DNA of 64,000 bases from Eledone cirrhosa (taxonomy: Eukaryota), in the NCBI GenBank assembly GCA_964016885.1, contig OZ024764.1:558001-622000 (forward strand), written 5' to 3'. Shown here piece after piece: positions 38,270 through 52,100 of this stretch. Both the position numbers and the translations under genes were made by a program. Under the pieces are notes generated by a model, which made no database searches, was not told the origin of the DNA, and saw nothing but the letters and a program-made list of their open reading frames with translations. Each line of letters begins with the position of its first letter. Positions within the stretch are counted from its first letter, which is position 1.

Positions 38270-39780
38270 GTGGAGAGCTACTTAGTCACTTCACTTCTCT
38301 GTTTCTTTCTCTCCCCTCTCACTCCTCATTATGTAGACATTGGCCACTTCACTAATTCGATCCCATGGTCTCTAATTTTCTTCTATAACATGGATTATTA
38401 CAACATAACAGCTTCAATTAAAGACATTCCTATCCCTGGTAAATCTGAATTCACTAAACTTCTGATTGAAAAAACTGACTCTTTTGTGAGAAGGCTTAGA
38501 TGGATCGCTTTTTTCCACGAACAGCGCTTAAAAGGAAACTTTTATACTAAGGAACATAACAATATTGATTATTTATTTAACTCTAGAAGAAATCCTCCTT
38601 TCAATAAAAATCTAGCACAGTTTGAGGAAGAATTAACTAATATTATAAGAGGACTTACATTCAAGAGAAACCCTTATAGAGGACAGGAGCACCTTATAAA
38701 TCTCAGGAATACGATTTCGGACCTTAATTCTTCTATAAAAGTCTTAGTCCATTCCGACAAAACTAATAATTTATATGGTGTATCTAAAGATAAATATAAT
38801 AACCTTATCCTTAAGGAACTAAGGAAGAATTATCGCAAAACTAACCATGAGAATCTGGAATCTATAAACTTGAAAAGCTTCTGAGATTGTCTAAACTTGG
38901 TATCGAGAAAAAGACTGAACCATTCCTCCCAAGAACTCCGAGGATAAATCTTAAAGATCACAAAAGTAACTTTCGAACTGAACTGCCTGTTAGACTAATC
39001 GCCCCCTCTAAATCCGATCTGGGGGTTGTTAGTAAATCTATCTTGGATAGAATTATCCCACAGGTTCGTTCTAATTGCTCTATTTCTAACCTAAATTTAT
39101 GGATTGGTACATCTGATGTAATTGACTGGTTCAATGACCTGAATAATAAAAACAAATAAAAATTTATTCAGTTTGACATTGCCAGTTACTATTCTTCCAT
39201 TTCGCCTTCACTCCTCAACAACGCTCTCTCTTTTGCATTTAAATATTCTGACATTACCACAGATGAACTGTACATCATTCTCACTGCAAGAAAAACTATC
39301 TTAGAATTCAACAATGAATACTGGACTAGAGCTGATACTTCCAACAATTTTGAAATCACAATGGGTTCGTCGGATTCATCGCAATTGACTGATTTGATTG
39401 GAATCTTTATTTTGAATTCTTTAAATCAGAAAATTCCTCAACTTCGCGGTGGAATATACACAAATATACACAAATATGAACATATATATATAGAGAGAAA
39501 GTGTGTGCAAGCAAGCAAACATCGAGATCAGAGTTTTAGTAGTGGATAGATAATATACTTTGATCTATTTAAGCACCATAACCTAAAAATTGAATTTCTA
39601 AACAACGTCAAACTAGCTAACTTCCTGGATATATCCCTTAATCTTGACACCAGCCTATATTACCCTTACCATAAAGACAATGAGAATCTAAATTATGTTA
39701 ATTTTAAATCTAACCACCCTATTAACGTTAAAATTGCTATAGTCAGTAATATTGAAAAAAGAATCTCAAATCTATCTTCT
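38270..39780 (+). mobile_element. Penelope-like (Naiad-type) N-terminus and RT, degenerate; the only + strand coding fragment in the mosaic
   Basis: S.KDIPIP, RRLRW.AFF, SDKTNNLY, LKDHK.NF..VRLI.PSKSD, QFDIASYYSSI and MGSSDS motifs. Confidence 0.9.
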
Positions 39781-40023
39781 TTTTTAAAATCTTTTTTTCT
39801 CAAACACTTTTATATTTTTTACGAATGTGCCTATCTTTCTACCTTATTTCAGTATATTATATAATATTACTCATACTATGTCGTTAGCGGTCCCCTAATT
39901 TATTCTTTTTTAATTTCTAATCTTTAATCTGCAACTTTTACTTCTCAATTACTTCTTAATTCCTCTTATAACTCACTATAGCATTTTCCTTATATTCTCG
40001 GCCATACAAACTTTTATTTTTAA

Positions 40024-42711
40024 CTAGACTACTCGTGACCTGTTGGGTCACCAATATTTCAAAGAACCCGAAAAAACCGCATATCTCAGGATACCGCGGT
40101 CCAATTTACGTGAAACTTCTCTTTTCGCAGTATTATTCACAAGTATTTTTACAAAGAAAATATCAAGCCATTTTTCACTAATAGCTCTCCTTTCACTCCA
40201 CATCAAATTCTTTTTTTCGTATCTCTTTCGATGTTTGACTGTTCTGAAAGATTTTTCTGCTTAAAAAGTTGCAAAGTTAATGAAAGACTGGTTTTATTTA
40301 CAAAAATTTGAAAGAAATTATTCTTACTTGTTAGCTTTAATTATCCTTTCATTTTCTGACGTTAGAATTAATATTTTCTCATATTTATGTTTACAGTTTC
40401 TTCAAAAGAATGCTTTTGATGACAACATTCTTAGTCGACTGGGTGTCTTTCAGAAACACTCAGACATTTTCTTTTCGTTTTCCTCGGGTAAGGGCAACAT
40501 AGAGCTGACCGTGTTGGAATACAAGTCGTTCCAGATAAACTAACACATTTTCCACAGTTTGTCTTTGTGCTTTATGAATAGTCATAGCGAGGCACGATTG
40601 AACTGGGAAGTGGCTTCGCTGCAAAGGGATATCCTCACCTTCGGATAGATTAATTCTTATTCTAGGTATCGTAACACTCATTTTTGAAAGCAGCACTGTT
40701 GATTCTTGCTACTATGAGATTGTTATGCAGTTCTTCCACGATCATGCCCGTTCCATTACAAAGCCTTGGAGGATTCAAGTTTCTAATTAGAATTATTGGC
40801 GATCCTTTTTTCAATTCCAGGTTATGTGGTGGCAGTCCTGATAGTTCAACCGAATCAAGGAATTCAGTTGGGAAATGAGTGGCATTGGCACCATCACTCA
40901 CAGAATTATAGGATCGGTACTCTTTTATGGTTCCAGGGAAGCGTCTGATACAGGTGGAATTGATGCTTCTCATCATTTCATTGAGAGGTACTAAGATGCA
41001 ATTGTTCGAAAACATTTCAGTTGGATTGTCGAATGAAGGGTAGATGAAATCAATGCATTCTTCCATTGTTGTTGCTTGGAGAATCATTTCTTTTGGAAAA
41101 ATAATTTCCGCATTTTCATTTTTTGGGATCTTCTCCAATATCCAATAGGAACTGTGAATAGTCTCCTGCGCCCTCACACAATCGCATGTTTGTCTTCAAA
41201 TGAAATTTTTTAAAGCTTCGCCATAAGTAGGATTTTTTTAATGCAGGCATTTTCCACATCTGCTTCATTTCCTCTTTTCACTACCGGAAGAAGCTGACGG
41301 AAATCTCCACAGCAAATTGTCAAAATTCCACCGAATGCCTCATTGTTGTCGCATATGTCACGCAGAGTAAGGTCAACAGCTTCGAAGCTTTCCCTCCGAA
41401 TCATAGGACACTCGTCCCAAACAATCAGCCTTGTATGCTGGAATAGGTTTGCCGTCTTTGAGTTTTTATCAATGTTGTACAGACCATTTTCTTTCACTGC
41501 TATTGGTATTTTGAACCTAGAATGCGCCGTTCTTCCACCAGACATCAGTGTTGCCGCAATGCCAGATGACGCAACAGCAATAGCCCCATCGCCGTTTCCC
41601 CTAACTTTTGAAAGGATTAAGTTAAGCAAGAATGTCTTTCCTGTTCCACCTGGAGCGTCAATGAAAATCAATGCAGATGTGTTCCTCACTAAACTGTTAC
41701 AAATGAAGTCGTACACATGTTTTTGGTCACTATTCAATAAAGGTTCCCTTTCTTCTACAAATTGTCGCTGTTCTTCTTTGCTGTATTGAAATTCATGCAA
41801 TAACTCCAAATTGCCAATATCCTGATTAGCGACAATATTATTTGGCCTTGGCAAGTTAAAGTCACTAAGACTTTTGCCCAGGTCGTTAAGTTTGTCTTCA
41901 AAATACAGAAGACATTGATCATAATGTCTCTCGCTAATCAAAAGGCTAGAGTTTCTTGTAGCTCTTTTTTCTATCGGAAGGTAATCCTCAGACAGCGAAT
42001 TCTTAAATCGAGCCCATAAAGCATTGGAATTGTCAATTTCCGTATTTGTGAGGAGCACGATGAATAGATCTCTCATGGCTTTGGGAAGCCTTGTTCGCTC
42101 AGCATCTTCCAGAGTCTGCTGCCAATGTTCATCTGATTGAAGCAGACCTTTCTCTCTGCAAACGTCTTTGAATAATGGCAGGAGTTCTCCATCACACATT
42201 TTCAAAGAGTTGAAAGATACTGGTCCTTTGACGTGATGCAGAAGGAGTTTTAAATAATACAGGTCACCACTTCGTGGGGAAACAGTGTACACTCGTCCCA
42301 AAACGTTCGCCTCAAAAATTCCTGGATACTGCTCAACTGTTTTCCCCACTTTCCTCCTTTCCCATCTCTTATTATTCCATGTGTAAAACTTTGGTACATC
42401 GGCATAATACAATGTTTTTGCAAACGGATCGCGAGTGCAAAGATCCATGAACTCAGTCAGAGTTGTCTTAGCCATGTTATTGTTTACTTTAACAGCAGCA
42501 TTGACCCGAAAGAAGATTTGATTTTTCTCAGGTAGATGAACTTGAAGGCGAACTACGGTCGGTTCCCTCTCATGAATTGGAAATCCAAGTACCGAGGCAA
42601 CAGCTTCTGAAGGACCGATATATCTTCCTGTTAAATTCTGTGTTATCTCATCTTCCCTGTTCACTCCAAACATTGCTTGATCACTGCCCTTCATGGTATA
42701 TTTTATAACGT
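40024..42711 (-). mobile_element. Helitron A, 3' half with terminus
   Basis: Rep end plus PIF1 (DAPGGTGKTF, GDFRQLLPV). On the - strand, hairpin gtgacccaacaggtcac is followed by CTAG at 40024-40027. Confidence 0.93.
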
Positions 42712-42712
42712 A

Positions 42713-45690
42713 CTAGCGGAGCTACCCGGCTTCGCTCAGTGTTAAAAAGCTTATTTTGAAAAGAATAATATTAACATTTTAATCGTTATTTAAAAACTTC
42801 TGTAATTTAGTTTCTATTTTTTAGATTTTAACATTTATCTTTAAATGACTGAATGACTGACGAATTTAAAGAAAATTCGTTATAAGAACATTTAATTTGT
42901 TTTACTGAAGTGCTTTTGGGTACACAATGTTTTTTGTTTTTCCTTCTGGTGCGTACACGAATAAATCAGAAGGTTTACCGACGCGTGAGCAAGCCACATA
43001 CAGCTGTCCATGTGAGAAGCATAGATTTTCTAAATTTAGTCCACACACTTGTAGCGATTGTCCTTGTGCTTTGTTGATAGTCATTGCAAAGGCGAGTCGC
43101 ACCGGAAACTGCAAACGTTTGAAATCGAATGGCGTATCTGTTGGAATGATTGGGATGCGTGGCAAGAGTACATCTTCTCCTTTAAATTTTCCATTTAAAA
43201 TTGTAGCCTCGATGATATTGTTCATCGTCTTATTCACTGAAAGTCTGGTACCGTTGCAAAGTTGTGGTGGATTGATATTTCGGAGAAGGATGATAGGCAC
43301 GCCAATTTTCAATGTTAAAATGTGCGGTGGCATGCCTGGCAAATCAAGTGAATTCAAGAATTCAATTGGATAATTGATAATTTTGTCTTGATTCATTACA
43401 GTATCGATGGACTTATACGTTGTCGCTTCGCCTGGTATTTCGTTTTGAATGCTGAAATTAATGGCATTGACATCGGTGTTTTTGGCTGCTAATATAGCAC
43501 GTACACTGAGCCACTGATGATTTTTGTAATGCTGCGCAATATTTGGGAACACTTTGTGAATCAGTTCGTCTCTGGTTGCCGTGATTCTACAGAAGTTTGT
43601 TGGCAATGTGATACATTTTGTGGAATCATCGATTACCATTTTTCCCATTCCCAATATCCAGCAATTGTTTTGTGAAACGTTCAGCGGATGCGTCATTTTG
43701 TAGTTGTACACGCATATTGTTTTTTAAAGTTAATTTCTGTACGTGTCGCCATAAAACTGATGATTTGAGACATGCATTAAGCTCATCAGCGGGTGTTGAT
43801 CGCGGTATAACTGGTAGAGTTTGTCGAAAATCACCAGACAATAAAATGAGTGTGCCACCGAAGAGCTGTTCATTTCCTTTCAAATCTTTTAGCGTATTAT
43901 TAAGCGCTTCCAATGATTTTTTGTGCGCCATAGTACATTCGTCCCATATAAGGATTTTACATGATTGGAGTACTTTACCTATACCAGAATTTTTGGTAAT
44001 ATTGCATGTTGATGTCTCAGCGATTTGCATATTCAATGGCAATTTCAGGGCTGAATGTGCTGTTCGGCCACCATCTAAAAGAGTTGCCGCAATTCCAGAT
44101 GATGCGATTGCCAGTGCAATATTATTTTCTGATCGTATAGTTGCCAAAATAAGTGAAATGAGAAAAGTTTTGCCTGTACCACCGGGCGCATCTATAAAAT
44201 AGAATCCGCCGCTTTGACTTATAATTGCCTGCATAATTTGGTCATATACTATGCGTTGTTCTGGTAGCAATTTGGGAAGATTCGTTTGAACAAATGTACC
44301 CAATTCGGCGACATCAAAGTTTGTTTCTCGTTGCAAATCACGATCGAAAATGTCGTTTACAGATCGATTCGGCGCAGGCATTCCCAATTGTACCAGTGTT
44401 TTGTTAGCGATTGCTAAACATATGACCTCAATGGAAACCAATGCTTCATTATACACATTTGGTGTGAATTGAATATTCATATTTTGATTTGTTGCACGCA
44501 AACGATGTAGGATGTCTTCACTCATGTAGTCTTTATATTTTTCCCAAAGATCTTTTGGATTTGATGGGAAGCACGTTGTCAATATTATTGAGAATAATGT
44601 GCGTATTTGCTTTGGTCGAGCAGTATTCGATGCATCAGCGAGTGAAGTGTCCCAATGTCCATCATTTTCAAGAAGATTTAATTCTTGGCAAGCTTCACGA
44701 TAAGTGGCACATACTTGACCGTTTACTGTTCTCAATTCTTGTCTCCAAAAACATGATGCTTGACAATGAAATCGATTAAAGATTTCAATTTTTGTTTGAA
44801 CACACGCGCTGTAATATCATGACGATCCGAAGATGATTGACCAGGTAACAGCGTCCGGCAGTGGTAGTAGTGATCCAGCACGATGATAAATTTGCCCTTG
44901 CACTTTGAATGTTGGCATGTAATTCTCGCGCACGATATTTGTTGCACCGAACGATGTCATTTGGAAACATGAATTGTACTTGCGTATGTTTGCCAAGAAA
45001 TGTTTAGATTCGCTTGTGTCACCTGATACTAACGTTGATAATGGTTCAGGTGGTGGATGGAATTCTGGCAATTTCACTTTTCCACCCGAGCAGCACTTTC
45101 CTGGTGTTTCATTTTTAAATTTGAGGGCACCACAATACCCGCATAATTTATCCATTTTTCCAATAATCACATTTGGATGAAGACTGTAATCACAATTTGA
45201 ATCGTAATGAAATGCACCAAGATTGAAATCATCGTGCAGTATTCTTCTTGTGAGAGCATTGCGTAGTCGATTCGTTTCCAATCTTGCTTCCCGTTGCTCG
45301 TCTGTTTCAGATGAACGGGCTTGAGCAGTTCTTACTCGAACGGTTTGCAATCTTGCTTCCCGTTGCTCGTCTGTTTCAGATGAACGGGCTTGAGCAGTTC
45401 TTACTCGAACGGTTTGCAATCTTGCTTCCCGTTGCTCGTATGTTTCAGATGAACGGGCTTGAGCAGTTCTTACTCGAACGGTTTGCAATCTTGCTTCCCG
45501 TTGCTCGTATGTTTCAGATGAACGGGCTTGAGCAGTTCTTACTCGAACGGTTTGCAATCTTGCTTCCCGTTGCTCGTATGTTTCAGATGAACGGGCTTGA
45601 GCAGTTCTTACTCGAACGGTTTCCAATCGTGATTCCCGTTGCTCGTATGTTTCTGAAGCTCGTAATGCATATTTTTTCGTTGCTTGAGGG
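42713..45690 (-). mobile_element. Helitron B, internally deleted, with 3' terminus and 69-bp coding repeats (~45279-45660)
   Basis: ORFs 42902-43711, 43626-44735 and 44817-45690. On the - strand, hairpin gagcgaagccggg is followed by CTAG|T at 42713. Confidence 0.93.
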
Positions 45691-45699
45691 GTAGATTGA

Positions 45700-45936
45700 C
45701 CAATCGCTCGTAGTAATATCAAATAGATTACTATATGTGTTTCTGGTCCAGTATTCATTCTGAAATTCCAGTAGTGTTAGTCTAGCATGTGTAATAATAT
45801 TAATGTCATCCAAAGTTAAGTTAGATCTATTTTTAGCAAATATCAAGGCTTTGTTCAGGAGTATAGGTGATATAGAAGAATAGTAATTATCTATATCAAA
45901 TTGTAGAAATGAAGCAGAGGATTTATATCTAATATA
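45700..45936 (-). mobile_element. Penelope-like RT fragment flanking piggyBac
   Basis: FLQFDIDNYYSSISP..LLNKAL.FA motif. Confidence 0.85.
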
Positions 45937-45940
45937 TTAA

Positions 45941-48498
45941 CCCTTTAGCATTCACATTGAATTGTCAAATGTCATGTTCATCTATTCGCATTATTTTCAC
46001 TTAATTATACTCAAGAGGGTTATCAATTTTATTTGTTTGTAATTACTTTAATTTTCTATGTGCAGACTTGAAATTTTGTCAGTAGACGTTTAAAGAACTA
46101 TAATTTACAATTATATATTTTTACCTGATTTTTTTTTGTTAAATTTGACTTTTATGGGCAGGTAAAATTAATTAACAGGTGTAAAAGTAATAACTTTATG
46201 GATAAACACAAAAATTTAAACTTTATCTGCCTTACCTGTTAGATTTGTTGCAAAAAAATCCAATAATGATCTAGATGCTGATTTCCATCAATTCTAGCAG
46301 TTTTCCGAACAGGTGAATTAATTAAAAATGCAGGTGTAATCAGTACAATGTTTTAGTCTTTCTCTACATTCCAGGCAAATATTTTCATTGAAAAAAATGT
46401 ATAAAACCTTTTCACCAGTCAAAATAATATTGGCAATGTACTCTTACACAATGTACGGTGTAAAATTACGTAACAGAATGTTCCCAATATATAAGTTCAT
46501 TAACAGGTGTGTCACAGGTGAATGCAGGTGTTTTTGTATATGTGTGCTAATATATTTTAAAAATAGTGTTTTCAATATTGTTAGACAATATTTCTATCGT
46601 GATACTGCCCAAAGCACCCTTTACATAAGGGCACTTTGCAAAAGGAACACATAAATAGGGTTTGGATTGCGTAACCTTTAACAGTTTTTCTCTTTTGCAA
46701 AGAGCACAATCGGCAAACCTTCCTCCTACCATCAATTCTCTCCACTTTATGAAAATCAATATTTTCTTTGTGGACCACTGCTAATTTTGATTTTTTTTCC
46801 CAGCTTTGTGTTTGCGAGAAGTATATCCCCCACGTAGCTGGGATGCAATGTCCACGCGAAATTTCATGTGGCAGTAGTCCTTTGGTGGTGGCGGATCCTT
46901 GTGGCTTTTAGTAAATACAATATAAGAATTCACAATGGTTAAATTCACTAAAAACCACAAGATGTATCTCCACCATTTCTTTCCAGGGCGTCCAACTGGG
47001 TAATACGCGCAATATTGGTCGGATTTGTCAACCCCACCCATATATTTATTGTAGGAGAGGTTAACTAAAGGTCTACCCTCAGCCCCAACACCTGGTTGTT
47101 GGTTAGAACTCAGGAACAAAATTTGCCGTTTGTCTTTGAACACTGCGGCTAACATGTTCTCTTTTTGCATTTGGAGAATGTCTCCTCTGTTTTTTAGTTT
47201 CGCAACTTTTATTTCTTGGGGTAGCCCTTTCCGATTGCTCATTATTGTGCCGCAGGTGTACGTATTTACAAGAGCAAGATCCTCTGCTAAAAGCACCGAA
47301 GAAAAAAAAACGGTCATAATAAATGTGTCTGTGTTGAAAGTGGAAGGGTTGAGTCAGCGACCACACAACATCATAACCCAACCTGTGCTTTCTCTCTCCG
47401 TTAAGTTTTTTTCCTGTGTAAACATCAAAGTTTACACAGTATCCCGTGTCCGATTCACACTTCCCACACTTTGATGCCCCATTTGGTGGGTTTAGCTGGC
47501 ATATACTGTCTGAAATGAACCCTACCCTTATATCCAATCATAGCTTCATCAACACTAAGATTTTTTCCAGGTATATACATACTTTTAAATTTTTCCATCA
47601 ACATTTCAATTAATGGTCGTACTTTGTACAGTGGGTCGTAATTCGATTCATTTCTACCAGGGGCATTTGTAGTATCAACCAGATGCAAATACTGGTTTAA
47701 TTTTATAAATCTCGTTTTGGCCATAATACTAGATATATAAGGGTCACCAAACCTTATATCAGTACTCCAATAATTCCACAGTCGTGGAAATTGTTTAATA
47801 CCAAACATAATGTTTATGGTAAAAAACGCTTTCATTTCGGCAGAATCTGTCGGACGCCATAAAAGATCGGGATTTGCTCGATTAGAAATCTGTTGTTGTG
47901 CATAGCGATTTGTCTCCTCTGCCACAACTTCGAAGAAAGTTTGTGGTAGAAATAAAAAAAAAATAATCCAGAGCTTTAGCATCGGGTGGTAATGTGTGTT
48001 GTGGTCCAGAATTTTCATTAAAATCCGAAACATGTATCGGTGTTGTTTCTTTCAACCACGTTGGTGTTTTTTCAATGGTGTCAGATATCTCTTCGCTTTC
48101 ACTTTCAAAGTGACTATCATCATCATCAGATATATCAGAAATAAATATATCTGATTCATTTGAAGATAAATCACTGATATTATCTTCTGTTTCTTTGTTA
48201 TCTTGAATGTCGTATGATGTGAAACCTTCAAAATCGTTGTCGCTGCTTTCGGAAGCCATGTTACAATTTCAAAGTTAAAAACACGTGTTATCACAAGGTC
48301 TTTAACTATACTAAGAGTTAATTTTCGCGCGTAAGGGCTTTATCTCGCTGTAATCTCGAATTGACGAGATTTTGATGATGTCAATGTTTATTTTTAGAAG
48401 GATATCTACGAGGGGTCTGAAATGTCGGTTTTTGTCGGTTTGAATAAATGAAAGGGGACATAATTTTGTCGGTTTTTGTCGCTTTGAACGCTAAAGGG
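45941..48498 (-). mobile_element. Full-length piggyBac transposon with a disrupted transposase (~46581-48259)
   Basis: TTAA on both sides and TIR CCCTTTAGC(A/G)TTCA. Motifs SVDEAM, QYMPAKPTKWGIK, YNKYMGGVDKSDQ and a C-terminal Cys-rich domain. Several frameshifts, two in poly-A runs. Confidence 0.95.
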
Positions 48499-48502
48499 TT
48501 AA

Positions 48503-48800
48503 ACCACTCAATAACCTCACCAGTTCCCTTCCACAAGTTTAAGTTAGGTAAACCATGTAAGTTTTTAACCTGCTGTATCACCCTGTCTAGAATGTTTTTG
48601 CTAAGTTTACCCAGGTCAGATTTTGATGGTGCAATCAATCTGACTGGCAAATCATTTTCAAAATTTCTTTTGTGATCTTTCATATTGATCTTAGGTTTCT
48701 TTTCTTTTAAGGCCCTAGACACTCTAGGGAGTGATGAAAGTATTCTTAGCGTTTTGATATATTGATATCTGTTGTCTATTCTATACATGAACAATAATCA
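48503..48800 (-). mobile_element. Penelope-like RT fragment ending at WFN (the piggyBac TTAA)
   Basis: KDHKRNF..PVRLIAPSKSDLG..LW......IEWFN. Confidence 0.85.
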
Positions 48801-51280
48801 TGTATGTGAGGGCAGGAATATTTATATTACGGCAGGATGGCACGGGTCCGCCACAGTTACAGGCTAAATTTCTACTAGTGCAGCCTAAATCACAGTACAC
48901 GCTTTACATAAATACATTACATCACAACTCATGCGCATACAGAGGTACAGATCAACAAGATATACGTCAGGATAGGTCCACCAATGCACTAATGGTGGGT
49001 AGGCCAGCGTTGATGGGTTACATCCACTGTACCAAACAGGGGTGCTTATTAACATACACTCCCCTGCACACCCCAATATCAAGGTCAATATCCTCCCACA
49101 GGCATACGTATACATTCACAGACTCGTATACATAGACGACCAACATTAGGAGACAGTTACACTCAGTCAGAGACAGTTACACAAGACAGCCCAACTGGAG
49201 GAATAAGGACGTGCTAGCTAACAGGTTTAAAGTAGAAGAAAGAGCTTAATATTCGGTGGGGGCAAGAGGAAAAAATTTCAGACTTTCTATTTAGTAGAGG
49301 GCATTTAGCAAATATAATAGAGTGGGATTCGGCAAGGCACAGGTTGCATACTCTACTATGAGGAGTATATGGATGGGATTTAGCAACCTGCCGCCAAGTA
49401 AGTGTGTAAGGTGTTCGTGCATTTTTTAAATTATGGACGTACGCTGCCAAGGAGGTGGAGTTCTTCAGTTTATTATGTCTAAAAGTGCATTGATGAGAGT
49501 TAAACCTGGTCTTAAAGGGGGTGGAAGTTGATCCTATATAGGTCATAGTGGACGCCGTAGTTACCACATCACACGCATAAACTATGTTTCTAACAAGGCA
49601 GAAACCATTCAGGGGGCAGCCCGAAGCCCTTCTACAGTTACAACCTCTGGTGATGCTATTCTCAGAAAGATCACCACCAGTGCTACTGCCCACTCTATCC
49701 ACTACCGTGTTTTCCCCTAGGCTTAGGTTGTCCAGGCCTTCCTTTATTTTCTTATTATTAGTAATGGCCAGATGAGAGGCCAGATTTTGGGTTGTAGAAT
49801 ACGAAAGTTTAACAACATTCTTATTGAGGATAGAGTGGTACCTATTACCAGGAGGGAAGTTCCGTTCTAGCACAGAGAAGAAGGCCCTAGGAATATTTGT
49901 AGCCACTTCAGAATTAAAAGGGGGGTTGAAGTATGTATTCAATCTTCTTCTATTCTTTTTATTCTTTCTATTTCCATCAGTATTATTAGCATTATTATTT
50001 CTACGGTTCCTATGCTCACCTAGTCTATGCGGGGAGCTGCGAGGCCCACCATTGCTATTACTTAGACTAATGGTGCCATGCTGGTTCATTCCACCGGCAT
50101 CTAGAAACCTCCCGTTCACGACACCTCTATTGTTATTACTTAGACTAATGGTGCCCTGCTGTTTCATTCCACCGGCATTTAGAACCCTCCCATTCGCGAC
50201 ACCTCGATTACCAATGGACATATTATGTGTTATAACAACACTGGTAGAGCTACTATTAGGACCATTATTTCCCTGGGTGTAATACAATTTGTCCCTAAAG
50301 CCGGATCTAGCTAAGGCGTCGTTATAGTAATCAGCCTGCGAGTCAAACGCCTCCTCACTATGTGAGAGTGAACTTATTCTATTAGATACGCCCTTCAGTA
50401 TACCGCTGATGACAGACCTAGGGTGGTTGGAGTAAATGAAAGGGGACATAATTTTGTCGCTTTGAACGCTAAAGGGTTAAACCAGTTAATTACCTGGGAT
50501 GTGTTTTCCCAGAGTGGTAAATTAACATGTTTTCTTATTTGTGGGATGACTCTATCTAAAATTTTTTTACTAATTATTCCAATATCAGATTTGGAAGGGC
50601 ATATAAGTCTTATAGAAGGATTATAGTTAAAGTTTGATTTATGATCTTTCAGGTTGAAGTGTGGTCTTTTCAATGCCAAAGATTCAGTTCTATCTTCAAT
50701 ATTAAGTCTATTCACTATGCTGTGTGTTTTGTTGTTGATGTTGGTAAGTGACGCATTATTTGATTTTCTATAATTTTTCCTGAGTTCTTTGTATATGAAC
50801 TCATTGTAATTTTCAATATCCATGTGATATAGATTTCCAGTTTTGTCCGAGTGGACATGGATTTTTTTAGATTTTTTTTAGGTCCTTTTGAAAGTTAGAT
50901 TTATACCTCTTAAATTTGAGGTGTTTGATTAAATTAAAAATGTCTTTCTCAAAGTTTTCAAGTAGAGAGTTGTGTGGTGGAATTTTATATGTAGTGAAAT
51001 CATAGATATTTCCTATCTGTACATTTTGATTTTTTATCGAAGTGGTAGGCCCTCCATCTGACTCTTCTGATAAATTGGTTGGTTTTTTGTATCATAAGAA
51101 GTAAGAAATCATCCTTAGAAGGTAATGGTATATTCTTTAAAGAAGTTCCCAAGTATTGTTTTTCCATTGTGATATGGATAATGGACAAGAAAAAGAGCTC
51201 AACTATTTGTATATGGAGTTATAAAGCCATACATACAGTGGCGGACATGAAAGTAAGAACACTTTTTATTTTGCATGGAA
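48800..51280 (-). mobile_element. Naiad-like Penelope element with intact GIY-YIG endonuclease region; RT core replaced by a ~44-bp piggyBac end
   Basis: CNCx5C motif, IVY..YIG..FKTRFNSH and CNLCLAE..LLNRKSE in ORF 49214-50449. N-terminal pieces at 50480-51190. Confidence 0.9.
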
Positions 51281-51283
51281 GCA

Positions 51284-52100
51284 TTAAGACTTGGAAGCAT
51301 TAATACAAACATTATATCTCTGTAAACGACGAAATACGAGATCCAGATGCTTTGAATGCTGCTGAGGGGAAGAACTAGCAATCAACACGTCATCGATATA
51401 CGTGTACACACAATCCAGGCCCCGAGTAATATCATCCATAAATCGTTGGAAGGTACTTGCAGCATTTCTAAGGCCGAAAGGCATAGTGAGGAAATCGAAT
51501 GATCCGAAAGGAGTGGCAATAGCAGTCTTTGGGATATCCTCCTTTTTAACCGGAATTTGATTATAAGCGCGGATCAAATCAAGCTTAGAAAAGATTCTGC
51601 AACCCTGCAATGACGATGCAAAATCCTGCAAATGCGGGATTGGATAACGGTCAGGCACAGTAATCGCGTTTAAGCGTCGGTAGTCACCCGTCGGTCTCCA
51701 ATCACCAGAAGATCTAGATACCATATGTAGAGGCGATGCCCAAGGACTTGTGGAGCGCCGAATTATTCCCAATTCCAGCATGTGGTCGAATTCAAGGCGT
51801 GCAGCTTTCAACTTCATCTTCGAGGACGTGAGAAAACAGGTGGACCTGTAATGGATATGAAGTGTTCAATCGCATGATCCGGGCTAGTTATTTGTAACTT
51901 TCCCTGCGTCAACTGAGGGAATGAATGTAACAGGCTTTGATACTGGTTGCCCACTTCAACCAAGAAAAAGGAAGGGCTGATAGTGGCGACGTCCGGCTCT
52001 GAACCCTCGAAAGAAAGGCCTGTTTCAGCATCAAAAAGGCGTTGTCTGCGAATGTCCACCAACAAGGAAAAATGGTGGAGAAAATTCGCTCCCAAAATGG
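51284..52100 (-). mobile_element. Gypsy pol fragment (protease end plus RT)
   Basis: [31 protein letters not shown] and YIDD motifs. Confidence 0.93.

Noticed and set aside
45279-45660. 69-bp repeat as an independent element
   Set aside because: It is an in-frame ET.EQREARL repeat typical of Helitron Rep/Hel N-termini.
45941-48498. Domesticated or active PGBD gene
   Set aside because: TIRs and TTAA sites are retained, and the ORF has several frameshifts that are identical in both copies.
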